Under the pieces are notes generated by a model. It worked only from the letters and a program-made list of their open reading frames with translations, was not told where the DNA came from and ran no database searches. A program made the translations under genes and the position numbers. A stretch of 64,000 bases of DNA from the human T2T-CHM13v2.0 reference genome, Homo sapiens. Where the stretch lies: the NCBI RefSeq assembly GCF_009914755.1, contig NC_060944.1; one strand, 5' to 3'. This document shows, piece after piece, positions 41,441 to 55,144 of this stretch. Every line of letters starts with the position of its first letter. Position 1 is the stretch's first letter.

Positions 41441-42169
41441 TGAAGTATAATTTACATAGCATAAAATTCATCCATGTTAAGTGTACAGTCCCACGAGTTT
41501 TAGTTACACAGCTGTCACCATCCCTACAATCTGGGTTTAGGATCCTTCCCTCACCCCAAGACGTTCCTCCCACTCCTTGGCAGTCAATCTCATTTCCCAC
41601 TCCCAGCCCTAGGCCACCACGGATCTGTTTTAGGTCTCTGTGATTTTGCCTATTCTGGGCACTTCATGTAGCTGGAATCCTCCAGTGTGTGACTTTTGTG
41701 CCTAGATTTTTTCAATTGGCATAAGAGCTTTGAGATTCATTTATGTTGTGCATGTATCAGTAGTCTGTTCCCTTTAATTGTTGCATTGCGTCCCATTGAA
41801 GACTTGTGCCACAGTACGTCCCAGTTTATGGGCATTCCTAATTGTTGACTAATATTTATAAGATCTCTACAAACATTGGTGTCTTCACATTTTAGTCTTT
41901 GAGTGTCGAGCCTTTGTTTCTCTTGAGAAGCTACCGAGGAGTGGAGTTGCTGGGTTGTATGGTTAGTGTATGTCTAACTTTTCAAGAAACTGCCACACCA
42001 TCTTTCGCTTTACATTCACGCCAACAATCTATGAGGGTCAGAGGACTTTTTATTAAACATGTACTAATATCAATTCTCATATTTATTTTCTTCTTTGGAG
42101 CTAACACGTAAACACATCTATAATTTTTTTTCAGGTTTCACCCATTTCTGCAGGGAGAAAAGCTCATAA

Positions 42170-43500
42170 GCCACGGCCCTACGCCCACCTTTGTGCCCGC
42201 AGAATAAGGAAACCCGCCAACTACACACCACAGTTAGAAAGCCCAAGACCCTGAAAAGACCTGCACCCACCCCCAAAGGGGCGGGGGCTGGTGGGCGGAG
42301 AGGAGGCGGGGCGCGCTCCTTCAGCCCCGCCCACCAGCCCTGGACTCCGGCTCCCGAGGAGCGGAGCTAGCGGGTGAGCCAAGGGGATGTGCACAGGCCT
42401 CCTCAGTCCCGCCCAGCGCGCGCGCGCGGCGGCGAAGCCGGCGGGCGGGGCCGGGGAGGGCCCTCGCCGGGTCAGCTCCGCCCACCCTCCCCGGCCTCCG
42501 CCCGCCTCCCGGGTCAGCGGCGCGGGTGCTGCGCCTAGCTGCGCACCATGGCCGGGTTGCTGGCGTTGCTGGGTCCGGCAGGCAGGGTGGGCGCCCGGGT
42601 CCGGCCTCGCGCCACCTGGCTCCTGGGCGCCACCGCCCCCTGCGCCCCGCCGCCCCTGGCCCTGGCCCTGCTCCCGCCCAGGCTAGACGCCCGGCTGCTC
42701 CGCACGGCGCGCGGGGACTGCCGCGGCCACCAGGTAAGCACCCCACCCCGACCCTGATCCCGGGCGGTGTCCAGGTCCCCAGACGTCCGCAGGGCCGCGC
42801 CGGGGTCCGGCCGCCTCCGCCAAGGACGCCTTTGCACTTGTAGCTGCCCGGGACCGAGCTCTTCCAGGGTCCCCGAAACCCCAAATCCCTGCAAGCCAAG
42901 GAAGCGATCCTCCTAGTTGACAGCCAGAGAAACTGAGGCTCGGGAAGGTGTGGCGCTCTGCCCAAGGTCGCGCAGTCTTCGGCCGAGCCCCGGGTCTGCA
43001 GAGCCTCAGCCAGGCTGGGGCGCAGCCGACTGACTTGGTCTGAACTTCCACACGTTGCCTGCGGAGTTGTTGTCCAGGCCTTCTGGCTGGGTCTCGCTGT
43101 GTTTTGAACACCTCCCGACGCTCGCTGCTCCTCCCTTTTCTTCTGAGTGGAAGAGCAGGCGTCCTCAGGGAAGCCGCGGGCAAGAAACCCACAGTGCTGT
43201 TTGTTATGTTTCATTTCCGTCACTTTCCATTGGTGCTAAGTGAAAACTGGTTTTCCTTCAGAGCAGTCATACCAGCTTTCCTTTCAAGAAATCTATCACT
43301 TTCTTCCAAGTGAGTCTTTTTAAATAAAAATAGTAGTAAATGAAGTCTGGCGGTCCAGGAATGGCAAGCCCAGACACGCGGAGCCGGCGTCCAGCCCGGA
43401 GCGCATCCGGCCTGGCAGTCTGGAGCCTCTTTGTTTGCCTGGGTGCAGACAGGGCCCCTCCATTCATCGCCCGGTGACCTCAGACCGAGTCCTGAAGGCT
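42170..43500. promoter_or_regulatory. FAM210B CpG-island promoter and first exon
   Basis: Very high CpG density, several GGGCGG GC boxes at 42279..42330, a (CG)n run near 42417..42428, no evident TATA box. Confidence 0.92.
42548..42733 (+). CDS. FAM210B: FAM210B (C20orf108) exon 1 CDS, aa 1-62, Arg/Leu/Ala-rich mitochondrial-targeting-like N-terminus
   Basis: Strong Kozak (ACCATGG); MAGLLALLGPAGRVGARVRPRATW...GHQ; donor CAG|GTAAGC. Confidence 0.96.
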
Positions 43501-45208
43501 TTTGAGCTTGTTTTCTGACCTTTAGAGGGCCAAAAATAGCACCTTCCCATCAAGAGTTTGGGAGACAACTCCATGAGCTGGTGCAGGCCTCAGCGGAGTG
43601 CCGCCGGCCCAGCGAACATCTCCTGACCGTTTCCTAGCTTTTCAGTAAGGAGCGGATGGGGATTGGACCCAGGCTTTCATCATGCCTCCTGCCCAGATCA
43701 ACTTCCTTCCTTGCCTTCTCCAGTCCGTCAGGTGGCACACAGGTCTTGGGGATCCTCTCCAGAGTGGCACCTTCTGCACACACCGTGCCGCCTCCTGATG
43801 ATTCTTCAGGGCCCAGCCCAGCTGTTCCTTCCTCCGGGAAGCCCTCTCTAACGACCTGTGAGGTCTCGGATGCCTCCACTGGGCCTGCTTCCACCCCATG
43901 GCTGTGGGTCTTCTCTGCACTCATCTGGAATGGCCTCTTGTCCTGCCTGTCAGCCACATTGACCTTGTCCCCAGCTCAGGCCCTGGCACTGGAGCGGTGT
44001 GTGTGTATACAGTGGCAAAGAGTTGGCCTCAGACTCCCTGGATTCCTCTCTCTACTCACTTGTTGTTGACTTTGATCAAATTCCCTTCTCTCTATCTCAG
44101 GCCCCTCATCTGTAAAATGGGACGTTAATAATTCAGACTTCATAGAATATGAATGTAAAATGAGATATGTTCATACCTGGCATCTGGTGTGTCCTAAATT
44201 AAGGTTAGAAATGACTATAATTGCAGTAAATATATACAGTCACAAGGCCCCAGGGCCCCGTGAGCTGTCCTTGTTTCTTCTGCACCGTGGTAAAATCGGC
44301 AGAAACCCAAGTGGGATCAGAACCTCAAAGGAGATTAGGACAAAAGATAACTCATCTGCCTGAGAAAACGCGTCCCCAGCAGGGCCTGGGAGCAGTGCAG
44401 GGAGGGTCTGGGCTTGGCCAGAGCCCAGAACCTCCCCTGTCGTCTGTTCTGGCCGCCCACCCTCGTCGGGAGGTAGGAGTGTGCTGCCCAGCTGGGCTCT
44501 CCAAATTTGCCAGGTGTTTAATTAAGAGCCAAAGAGGCCCACCCACGCTGCCTTGGCAGGGGGTCTCTGTAAGAGGGGTAGGGAAAGCCACAGAAGAGAC
44601 CTGCCTTTTTGTCTTAACATGATTCCATGTCCTGTAAACCGCCTAGCAGCCCCGCCTGCCTGTGCCACTTATTCCTTCCAGGGACGTAGGGGGAGTTCAG
44701 GCAGATGACTTGCTCTCCCAGAGCCCCAGTGTCCTTTTGTCTCCGTCAGTTCTGGTTCCAGTGGCACCTTTTCAGGGAGACCTTCCCTGATGGCCTTATT
44801 TAACATTCCTCCTACTCCCTGTCTCCCGCCCCATTGGTGTTTCTCTATGGCACTTGTCACAGGTAGCAGCCCTGGTATTTTACTCTTCTGTTTATTGTCC
44901 CTGCCTTCCCATAAGACCATAAGCTCATCGAGGGTGGGGTTTTGTCAGTTTTTTCCATTGCTCTGTCCCCTACACTGAGAACAGTGCCTGGCACAGAGGA
45001 GACACTCATGAATACACGAGGAGTAACATAGCATGGTTGTTCAGAGCAAAGGCCCTGGACCCAGACTCAGCGAGTTTGGATCCCAGCTCTGACAGTAATC
45101 CCTGTGTGATCCTTGGTAAATTACTCAACCTCTCTGGGCTTCTCAGATCCTCTTCTGTTAAGTGGGGTTGACAGTAGTCAAGGTTGTTGTGAGGATTATA
45201 TGCATTAA

Positions 45209-45648
<440 letters not shown>

Positions 45649-47659
45649 AATATTTTCAAAGTACTCAGAACAGTGCCTAGTACAGAATATACACAATATA
45701 GTGTTTATTATTAATATGATTTCTCAAGTGGAAGAAAACAGGTGTCACTCCAAACACTGCGATCGGCTTGGCAAGGTCCTTGGCTCATTCTTTAAACCTT
45801 CCTACCCCCTCTCTATTACAGGTTTTTGTACTTTAAAAAATGTTGGGGAGAGGCAGAAGGGGCATCTCACACACACACTGTCTCACACACACACTCTCAC
45901 ACACATGTGCATGCATGCTGAGTACAGACAGAAGATGTGTCACGCCGTCCTGTGCATTCAGGACAGTGCCTAACACATCCCGGGTACTTACGGCAATGTT
46001 TCACGAAGAAATGAATGTCTAAAAATTTTCCATTGCCTGCAAGTCACGCCCTCATAAATTCTTTTATTTCAGCTTCTTTAGTCTCCCCAAAGGTTAGGAA
46101 GAAAAATGCGTGGCTCACAGTGCTTATAGATGGGTGTTTTTATCAAAACAAAAGGAATAAAATTGTCCAGTAACTGGGTGTTCTCTAGAATGTCAGAAGC
46201 CAACCGTGGTGCCAGCTAACCCGAGATTGTCCCTGTGTCTGAATGTCTTGGCCCTACCACAGTCTTGCAGTAGATTCTGCTCAGTTCTATAGCTGGAATC
46301 CTGGCTGCCTTTTTATTTTTATTTTTTGGCCAAAAGTCCTTTTGCCAAAATAAAGACTATAAAGAAGAGGGCCCTCGCAGAGACAGCTGCAGTCGGTCCA
46401 GTGATTGGACAGAATGGGGCCAGGTGTCAAGGGCATGGGTGTTTGGCCCTGCGAGGGGCTGTAGGTGGCCTCCTATCAGTCCCCACCACCTGGCTGCTGT
46501 CCCCTCTGCAGCCTCCCTCAGCAGCTGGAGGTGGGTGGGGCTTGTTTATCAGGAAGAACCGATGCCCTCCACAGCCATCCTGGCCGGGGGTGGCAGGACT
46601 AGTCAGAAGGCTTCAAGGAAACGGGAGGTCACATGTGCTGGCCAAAGAAAGGGGGGCTGATGACATCTTCCCTCCTCCCCTCCAGAGCCTGGACGTTCTG
46701 GAAAAGTGTCTTCCTTTAAGAATGGTCATTCTGGCAGGACAGGAAAGGGGAGCCTGCTGAGTACCACAGAGGCTGAGGCCTGGTGGTCACCAGCCCAGTC
46801 ACCAGTCCATGCTGCCAGTTAGCCGTCCCTCCCTCCTGAGCCTCAGTCATCCATCTGTCAAAACAGGAGCGACAAAGGTTCCTGGGTCATGAGGCAGTGA
46901 GGGATTTATGAAATGACGCCTTTGAAGTGGAAGCTCAACTCCTGGCTCAGCAGAAGGGACCTGTCATCGGGACACTGAGGGTTTTCCTCAAATGTTCTAA
47001 AAAATCTTATGCCTCTAAAAATAACAGGGTAAAAGTGGGCCAGCTGCAGAGCCCATAACAAGAGCTGACCTCCAGCCAGGTGCGCATCACCTGCCGGGAC
47101 AAGCCCCAGGACTGTCCTTAGAGAAGTCTTTTGATTAAAGTGCTCTGTTATTGAGAAGTGGTTTTTTTCCCTCCCCTAATGTGGGTGAGGTTGGTATTTT
47201 TGTTTCTCCCACACATTCCAGGCTTGGTAGGTGCTCAGTAACTGTTAGCAGATGTCCCATGCAATCCATGATTTCTGTACAAGTCCTGGTAGGGCACTGT
47301 GCAAAAATCGCCCCCACTTTGTGTGTTTCAGATGTCAGGTGTAAATCTTGATTCTAGGAGTAAATCTGCCATCGCTTTTGCTGCATTAATTTTGTGCGCA
47401 CCGTCCTTTTTTGATGGCATATAACATGGTTGTCACATGCTCAGGCTGTGGCCTTGGAGGGCCTGGGTTCTAATCTTGGTGACATCAGGCCAATGACCTC
47501 ACCTCAGCAAGCCTGTGTTGCTCCTTTGCAAAGTGGGAAAAGCAGTAGTATCTACCTCTGAAGGTTGGCATGAGGATGGAAGGAGAAAGGGTTGGAGGAC
47601 CACCTGGCTCAGAGAAAATGCTTGATAAAGGATCATTGTCCCCAAGCTTGTGAGCCCTG

Positions 47660-48152
47660 GTGTTTTAGTTACTATTGCTGCTGTAACAGATGAGCACATA
47701 ACCTGGTGGTTTAAAACAATCCACATTTATTATCTTACACTTCTAGAGGTCAGAAGTCCAAAATGGGTCTTAATGCACTAAAGTCAAGGTCTCAGCAGAG
47801 ATGGGTCCTTCTAGGGGCTCGAATCCATGTCCTGCCTTTTCCAGCTTAAAGCCGCTTGCATTCCTTGGCTCATGGCCCTTGCCTCCATAAGCCAGTAGCA
47901 CCGCATCTTCAGCTCTCTCACTCTGCTTCTGTCCTCACAACCCCCTCCCCGACACTGAGTTTCCTGCCTCCCTCTCTTCACTTATAAGGACCCTTGTGAT
48001 GACGTTGGTAATAATGTAGCCCAGGTAATCCGGGATCATCTCCCTATCTCAAGACCCTTAATCACATCTGCAAAGTTCTTCTGCCATGTAAGGTGACATA
48101 TTCACAGATCCTGGGATTGGGACATCTTTGGAGCCATCATTCTGCCAGCCAT
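47660..48152 (-). mobile_element. MLT1-like solo LTR
   Basis: tattgctgctgtaaca...ggtcagaagtccaaaatgggtct...cacatctgcaaag...taaggtgacatattcacag. Confidence 0.8.
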
Positions 48153-48233
48153 ACCTAGTTCCAGGCTTGCATTGCACTTAGTGACTAAGTTGGCTCAAAC
48201 TCGGCTCACTGAGTAGGAAAGGGGTAACTGATC

Positions 48234-48806
<573 letters not shown>

Positions 48807-48886
48807 GTAAGATTTTTGACAGTAATTAATATTTGTTTTTTACCGTCATGTAAGATTCTATGTGAATAAGAACGTGTTTGCTAAGA

Positions 48887-49450
<564 letters not shown>

Positions 49451-49516
49451 GCCAAATCAATTTCTTCATTTAATCCTTTGCTGTAATAATTGTTTTCTTT
49501 GCTTCTTCCCCCCCAG

Positions 49517-49733
49517 TGGTGTGGACATGTCTGCAATCCTGCTGAAACTCGGATTTAAAGAGTCCCTGGTACAGTCAAAAATGGCAGCAGGCACAAGTAC
49601 CTTCGTGGTGGCCTATGCAATCCACAAGCTGTTTGCGCCAGTGAGAATCAGCATTACGCTAGTCTCTGTGCCCTTGATTGTCAGATATTTTCGAAAAGTG
49701 GGATTTTTTAAACCTCCAGCTGCAAAACCTTAA
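49517..49733 (+). CDS. FAM210B: FAM210B exon 3 CDS to the TAA stop
   Basis: Pyrimidine tract then CCCCAG|T; GVDMSAILLKLGF...FVVAYAIHKLFAPVRISITL...PPAAKP*; 186+176+217=579 nt = 192 aa plus stop. Confidence 0.97.
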
Positions 49734-50780
49734 TGAACTCTTCAGTCGTACACACTGAAAACCTATTTCTTCTAAATTACATGATTTGGATTGGTTTTAG
49801 GGTTTTAGGGTTGTAGGGTTTCTTTTGGAGAGGTAGGGGGCTAATTGCTATGTTCTCATGGATAAACTTTGCCAGCAAAAATCAGGCTTTTGAACAATTT
49901 TAATTTTTTGCCTCATAAATTTTGTGAATGCTATTCATTATAGGGCTTGTATATATAATCTAAAATGTCAGCAAGGCATCGGAGATGGGTTAACATCTCA
50001 AAACAAAATAGCCTACAAATGTTCCTTGTGGGAGACTTTGGCGAGGGTCTGTGGGTAAAAGCACCAGGGGGTTAATCTTGGCTCAGTTTCCTAAAAAGCA
50101 TTGATTAATTTAACTGGCTTTTAAATATCCCCTTCCGCTGATATTTGTTGTCAGCTGCCTACAGTTTAATATGCAGCGTTCACAAAACAGCTGCCAGTGC
50201 TACAATTAATGAAGCAAAACTTAATATGTAATCACAATCTAAATTAGCATCAATACTTTGACATTCATTACATTGGTTTGGGGGAAGAAAAGTATTTCTG
50301 GTATGTTTCATTGATCCCCAGATACCTTCCAATCTGGACATGATGGGGCTGATTCCAGATGGTTTTTCTGAAATTTCATTAAGGTAGGTCAGCGTCATTT
50401 GTCTCTGTTTAGGTAAAATATAAAAACCCTGCCCAGTAGCAGTGGCATCGCTTGGTTCCTGATGCCCATGTTCCAGAGGAATTCGGATACCACAAACAGC
50501 TAAGACAATCTCAGCTTTTCTTAGACAATCTTCTATCTCAAACTTCAGACATTCCAGAATTGTCATGATGTTTACACTGTCTGAGTTAAAAATCCTGTTC
50601 AAGAAAAAAAAAGATTTTGTATCACTTCTTAAAAAGGAATATTCATAGCACTTGTCACAAATAGAAGGCAACCATGAGATAATACAAGCCAGGGAGAGGC
50701 TTGTATTACATGACAGGTGTAATTAGTCTGCTGAGCCAGCTTTACCCAATGAAGGGCATATGTGTTAGAGAGATTAGCTA

Positions 50781-51255
<475 letters not shown>

Positions 51256-52082
51256 TCACCAGTCTGCCCTGTCACGTAGTTGAAGGAGTTGCATTTATCT
51301 TTCTGGCTCCTAATTCCTTTAAAATTACATTTGTTGCAGAACCTCCACAAGGCTAAATAAAATTACATTTGTGACCATCAGAGAACTGAATAAACCATTA
51401 ACTGGCCATCCTGGTTTTGCAGAGATCAGGTTGTTGACAGTTCCTGGTTGACCCACAGCTACCCATGTCAGTTATCTCCACTAACATATCCAAGAATCTT
51501 TGTAGGACAATTTCTCCACCTGCAAGGTCTTTCAGGTAGAACTCTTCTTTTAAGGCAATTAGCCCATTGCCAAAAGGTTTTACTGTCTTAAAGCTGTCTT
51601 TCTGAGATCTAATTCCAAGGACTTCTCCACAGCTAAGTGAGATGCCTCACACCATTAGGTGATGCTTTGGACAGAACAGAGTATTTTCATCTTGTGTTTA
51701 AAGCAATTCCTTGGCTTCGGCTCCTCACCACTTTCTATGCCAGTCTCCCATTTATGTCCCTAGTAATGCCTATGCAAAAAAAAAAAAAGAAAAAAAAGAA
51801 AAACTGATGGTGAAACCTACAGGTTTAAGGGCTTAAATCTCAAACTTTGTTAGGAGTAACAGGAGCGTGCTGAGCGGGCAAGCAATAAAACAAATCATAC
51901 CAAAAAGCCACATTGCTCTCTCCTAAGCCCCAACCCCACTCCACTCCTGTGGCCAGGGGTCCAAACAGAAAATAACCGGAGAAGACAAGGAGGTCAAAGG
52001 ATCAGGGAACTAAGCATTATGTGAATTCACCAGCAAGATGTACAGAACGCCTGTGTTTACATTGTTTTTATGGAACTAGCAG

Positions 52083-52088
52083 AATAAA
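52083..52088 (+). terminator. Likely distal FAM210B polyadenylation signal
   Basis: AATAAA with TGTA upstream and a T-rich tract downstream. Confidence 0.7.
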
Positions 52089-52849
52089 ACATCTATTTTA
52101 AAAATGAAAGCCATTGTTTCTCTAATTTATCTGACAAAGTGAGCAGCTTAAATTCTGTGAAACATCTTTATAGTTTATGAACTTTTTTATATTCCTTCTG
52201 GTAAGCCATGGTTGTTGCTGATGATGAAGTGGCACTGTGACCAGTGTATTAATGTGCTACTACAATGAGCTTTTTCTTTGCTTGTGTGGGATTGTCTGGG
52301 GAAACGTCCCAAGTCTCACTGGTGTCACTGGGAAAGTCAGTCACGTGATAATAACTATAGCTTGGGAGGGTGGCACATGAACTATTTGGGAAGGTCAAAG
52401 TCAGTTCAGCTCAAGACTATGAGAACCAGAAGCCCCTTTGTCCCAAGGGGGCTGGCAACTGCAGTTTTACTGAGTCATGTTTTTAAGTTTCTCTATATTG
52501 GCCACTTTGTTATGACATATCCTGACATACCTGCTGTCCAGTTTCTTGCACTGAGCATTGGCCATGCAAGCAGATTTCTCTACTAGCTCTAAGTTCAACA
52601 CTTCTACTTTTCCTTCATCACAGTCACTTTCACCGTATCTTTAGTCGATGGACAGATGACAAAGATATGACAAATATATAAACAATATATATAATGAAGT
52701 ATTAGGAGTACACCCAACAGGAGAGACCAGAAGAGGCAGGACTAGATGAGGGCGAGACCTGCTCCTCTCAGCCCCTGCTCATTTCCAGGCCAACAATGAA
52801 CACATGGTGGAAAGAATTACACAGCACTCCACACAGACATAGATACTTA

Positions 52850-52855
52850 TTTATT
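52850..52855 (-). terminator. AURKA distal polyadenylation signal
   Basis: TTTATT on +; GT-rich sequence downstream on -. Confidence 0.85.
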
Positions 52856-53124
52856 TGCATATTTAAAGTTTACACACATGCTATGACTCCAATGTTTTAA
52901 AAAAATAAGCCCTTAACAGCTCTGAGACACATGGCCTCTTCTGTATCCCAAGCAAATCCCTAAATGGAGGTAGAGCACGTGTTCCTATTTTTCACACTCT
53001 CATATGGGAGATAAGTGGTTAAGGAGGACTAGAAACCCAATCAGGCCTACCGGGGTGCCGGACAGACACACAGCATTCCTAAAGGAATGCCACCAGAGAA
53101 AAAATACAAGTCTGTACATATATC

Positions 53125-53130
53125 TTTATT
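53125..53130 (-). terminator. AURKA proximal polyadenylation signal
   Basis: TTTATT on +; T-rich sequence downstream on -. Confidence 0.8.
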
Positions 53131-53603
53131 TTCATACTTAAAAAGAATCACATACTCATTCCAACAGCTTTACCAGGCTTGGCCAACCCAATAAGTTACA
53201 CACTCACTCAGGTACTAGGAAGGTTATTGCACAGCTCCTTAACTGATCGGGGTCAGGGCAGAGTGGTCACTTTCCCCACAGCCAGGCTCTGGATTTGCCT
53301 CCTGTGAAGACACCATGCCTAGCACAGGCTGACGGGGCGGCTGCAGTCGAACCTTGCCTCCAGATTATGAACCAGTATAAGTAGCACAATTCTCGTGGCT
53401 ACTTTCACTTCAGAGTGTCATGTTTATTGATGTGGAGCTTTCTGAATAGGGAGGTTAAGGCACACCTGCTGAGTAAAACAAATATTTCTTGTGTAGCGTT
53501 CTAGATTGAGGGCAGCAGTCAATGGTAAAATAAATTTCAGTAGCATGTTCCTGTCAGGTTATATGGCAGCCCTGGCTCAAGGATTTCTCCCCCTGCACGA
53601 TTC

Positions 53604-53786
53604 CTAAGACTGTTTGCTAGCTGATTCTTTGTTTTGGCAATTTGATGGTTTTGATGAATTTGCTGTGATCCAGGGGTGTTCAAGTACTTCTCTGAGCATT
53701 GGCCTCTGGCTGGGATTATGCTTCAACAGTCTTGAAATGAGGTCCCTGGCTCCCTCTGTTACAAAGTCAGGGAATGTGAATTCAAC
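53604..53786 (-). CDS. AURKA: Aurora kinase A last coding exon (aa 344-403)
   Basis: CAG|GTT GAA; [39 protein letters not shown]...ASKQS*. Confidence 0.98.
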   Translation of the reverse strand, partial: VEFTFPDFVTEGARDLISRLLKHNPSQRPMLREVLEHPWITANSSKPSNCQNKESASKQS

Positions 53787-53930
53787 CTGGAGTACAACAA
53801 ATGATAAAATATCACAAAACACAGGTTAGAGAGATCAAATAGTATAGATGTTCGGATCTTGGCCTGCAGTTCAGGCTGATAAGGAAAGAATTCCAGCAGA
53901 TGTGCTGGGTCCTTTTCAGTTGCGTCTTAC

Positions 53931-54105
53931 CCGTGATATTCTTTTGTAGGTCTCTTGGTATGTGTTTGCCTCAAAAGGAGGCTTCCCAACTAAAAATTCA
54001 TAGCAAAGAACTCCAAGGCTCCAGAGATCCACCTTCTCATCATGCATCCGACCTTCAATCATTTCAGGGGGCAGGTAGTCCAGGGTGCCACAGAGAGTGG
54101 TCCTC
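53931..54105 (-). CDS. AURKA: Aurora kinase A penultimate exon (activation-loop T288, aa 285-343)
   Basis: 175 nt with AG/GT boundaries; [31 protein letters not shown]...RISR. Confidence 0.98.
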
Positions 54106-54626
54106 CTGAAAACGGAGGGAGGCTCAGGTTGATGTGCTTCTCGTTTTATGATCACAACAGCTGCTAACAATCATTAAAGAGTCCACTAAACACTGAGGTC
54201 TTCCCCTGGGCCAGATCCTGTGCCCTAGGAAGTAGCTACTATTATAAATTCCCATAGGAAACAGATGAAGCGAGGTGTGTAAGGTCACACAGCTAGCCAT
54301 CAGGCTTAACCCCAAATCTGTCCAACTCCAGAACCTCCCTGAATAATCTAGAATGTAAGAAACTGAATGTATCACTACCATATAAAAGCTGCCATGCAAA
54401 GTTCTCTGTAAATACGATTTGGATTCTACATCTGCATGTGGATATTACAGATATGCTAAGAATCTTAAAAGCCTGGTCGCAATGACAATACACTAGAAAC
54501 TGTCCCACTGTAACAGCACTGGGGTGGAGATGTAGACACATGCTGCCTTGTGATAGATACTTGGTACGAGTGATGCTGAAATTTTGAGGGTGGCCTATGA
54601 AGTACTCTTGCCAAAAATATTTAACC

Positions 54627-54922
54627 TGGCTGGGTGCAGTGGCTCATGCCTGTAATGCCAGCACTTTGGGAGGCCGAGGGAGGCGGATCACGAGGTCAGG
54701 AGATCGAGACCATCCTGGCTAACATGGTGAAACGCCGTATCTACTAAAAATACAAAAAATTAGCCGGGTGTGGTGGTGTGCGCCTGTAGTCCTAGCTACT
54801 CAGGAGGCTGAGGCAGAAGAATGGCGTGAACCCGGGAGGCGAGCTTGTAGTGAGCCAAGATCGCACCACTGCACTCCAGCCTGGGTGACAGAGCGAGACT
54901 CTGTCTCAAAAAAAAAAAAAAA
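54627..54922 (+). mobile_element. Alu (AluY-like) in an AURKA intron
   Basis: Dimer with gagatcgagaccatcctggctaac and aatggcgtgaacccgggagg diagnostics. Confidence 0.93.
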
Positions 54923-55059
54923 TTTTCTTAACCTGAATCTCTTCAGGACCTGAGACCTACATTCCAGTTTTCAGCAAATACGGGGAATAAAGGTCCAAGT
55001 TAAGTGGCAACACAATCAGAAAAGTCCTCTTTAAAGTGGGAGACTGGTCTGGCTTTAGA

Positions 55060-55144
55060 CCACAGAGACAATCCAACCACAGAGACAGTCCAACCACAGA
55101 GACAGTCCAACCACAGAGACAATCCAACCACATAGACAGTCCAA
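55060..55144 (+). repeat. 17-bp tandem repeat, five copies (CCACAGAGACARTCCAA)
   Basis: Five units read directly. Confidence 0.95.

Larger units (their letters stand above)
52830..53603 (-). other. AURKA: AURKA 3' UTR, long form (end approximate)
   Basis: Lies between the stop codon and the distal AATAAA. Confidence 0.85.

Noticed and set aside
42321-43223. 300-aa minus-strand ORF and other overlapping ORFs at the FAM210B promoter
   Set aside because: Long stop-free frames are expected in a CpG island; the product is low-complexity Arg/Gly/Pro/Ala with no recognisable domain.
51776-51803. A-rich tract as a transcript end or retrocopy tail
   Set aside because: No adjacent upstream AATAAA or target duplication seen; likely to cause oligo-dT internal priming artefacts.
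55060-55144. CRISPR-like array
   Set aside because: The units are contiguous with no unique spacers, inside a primate intron.
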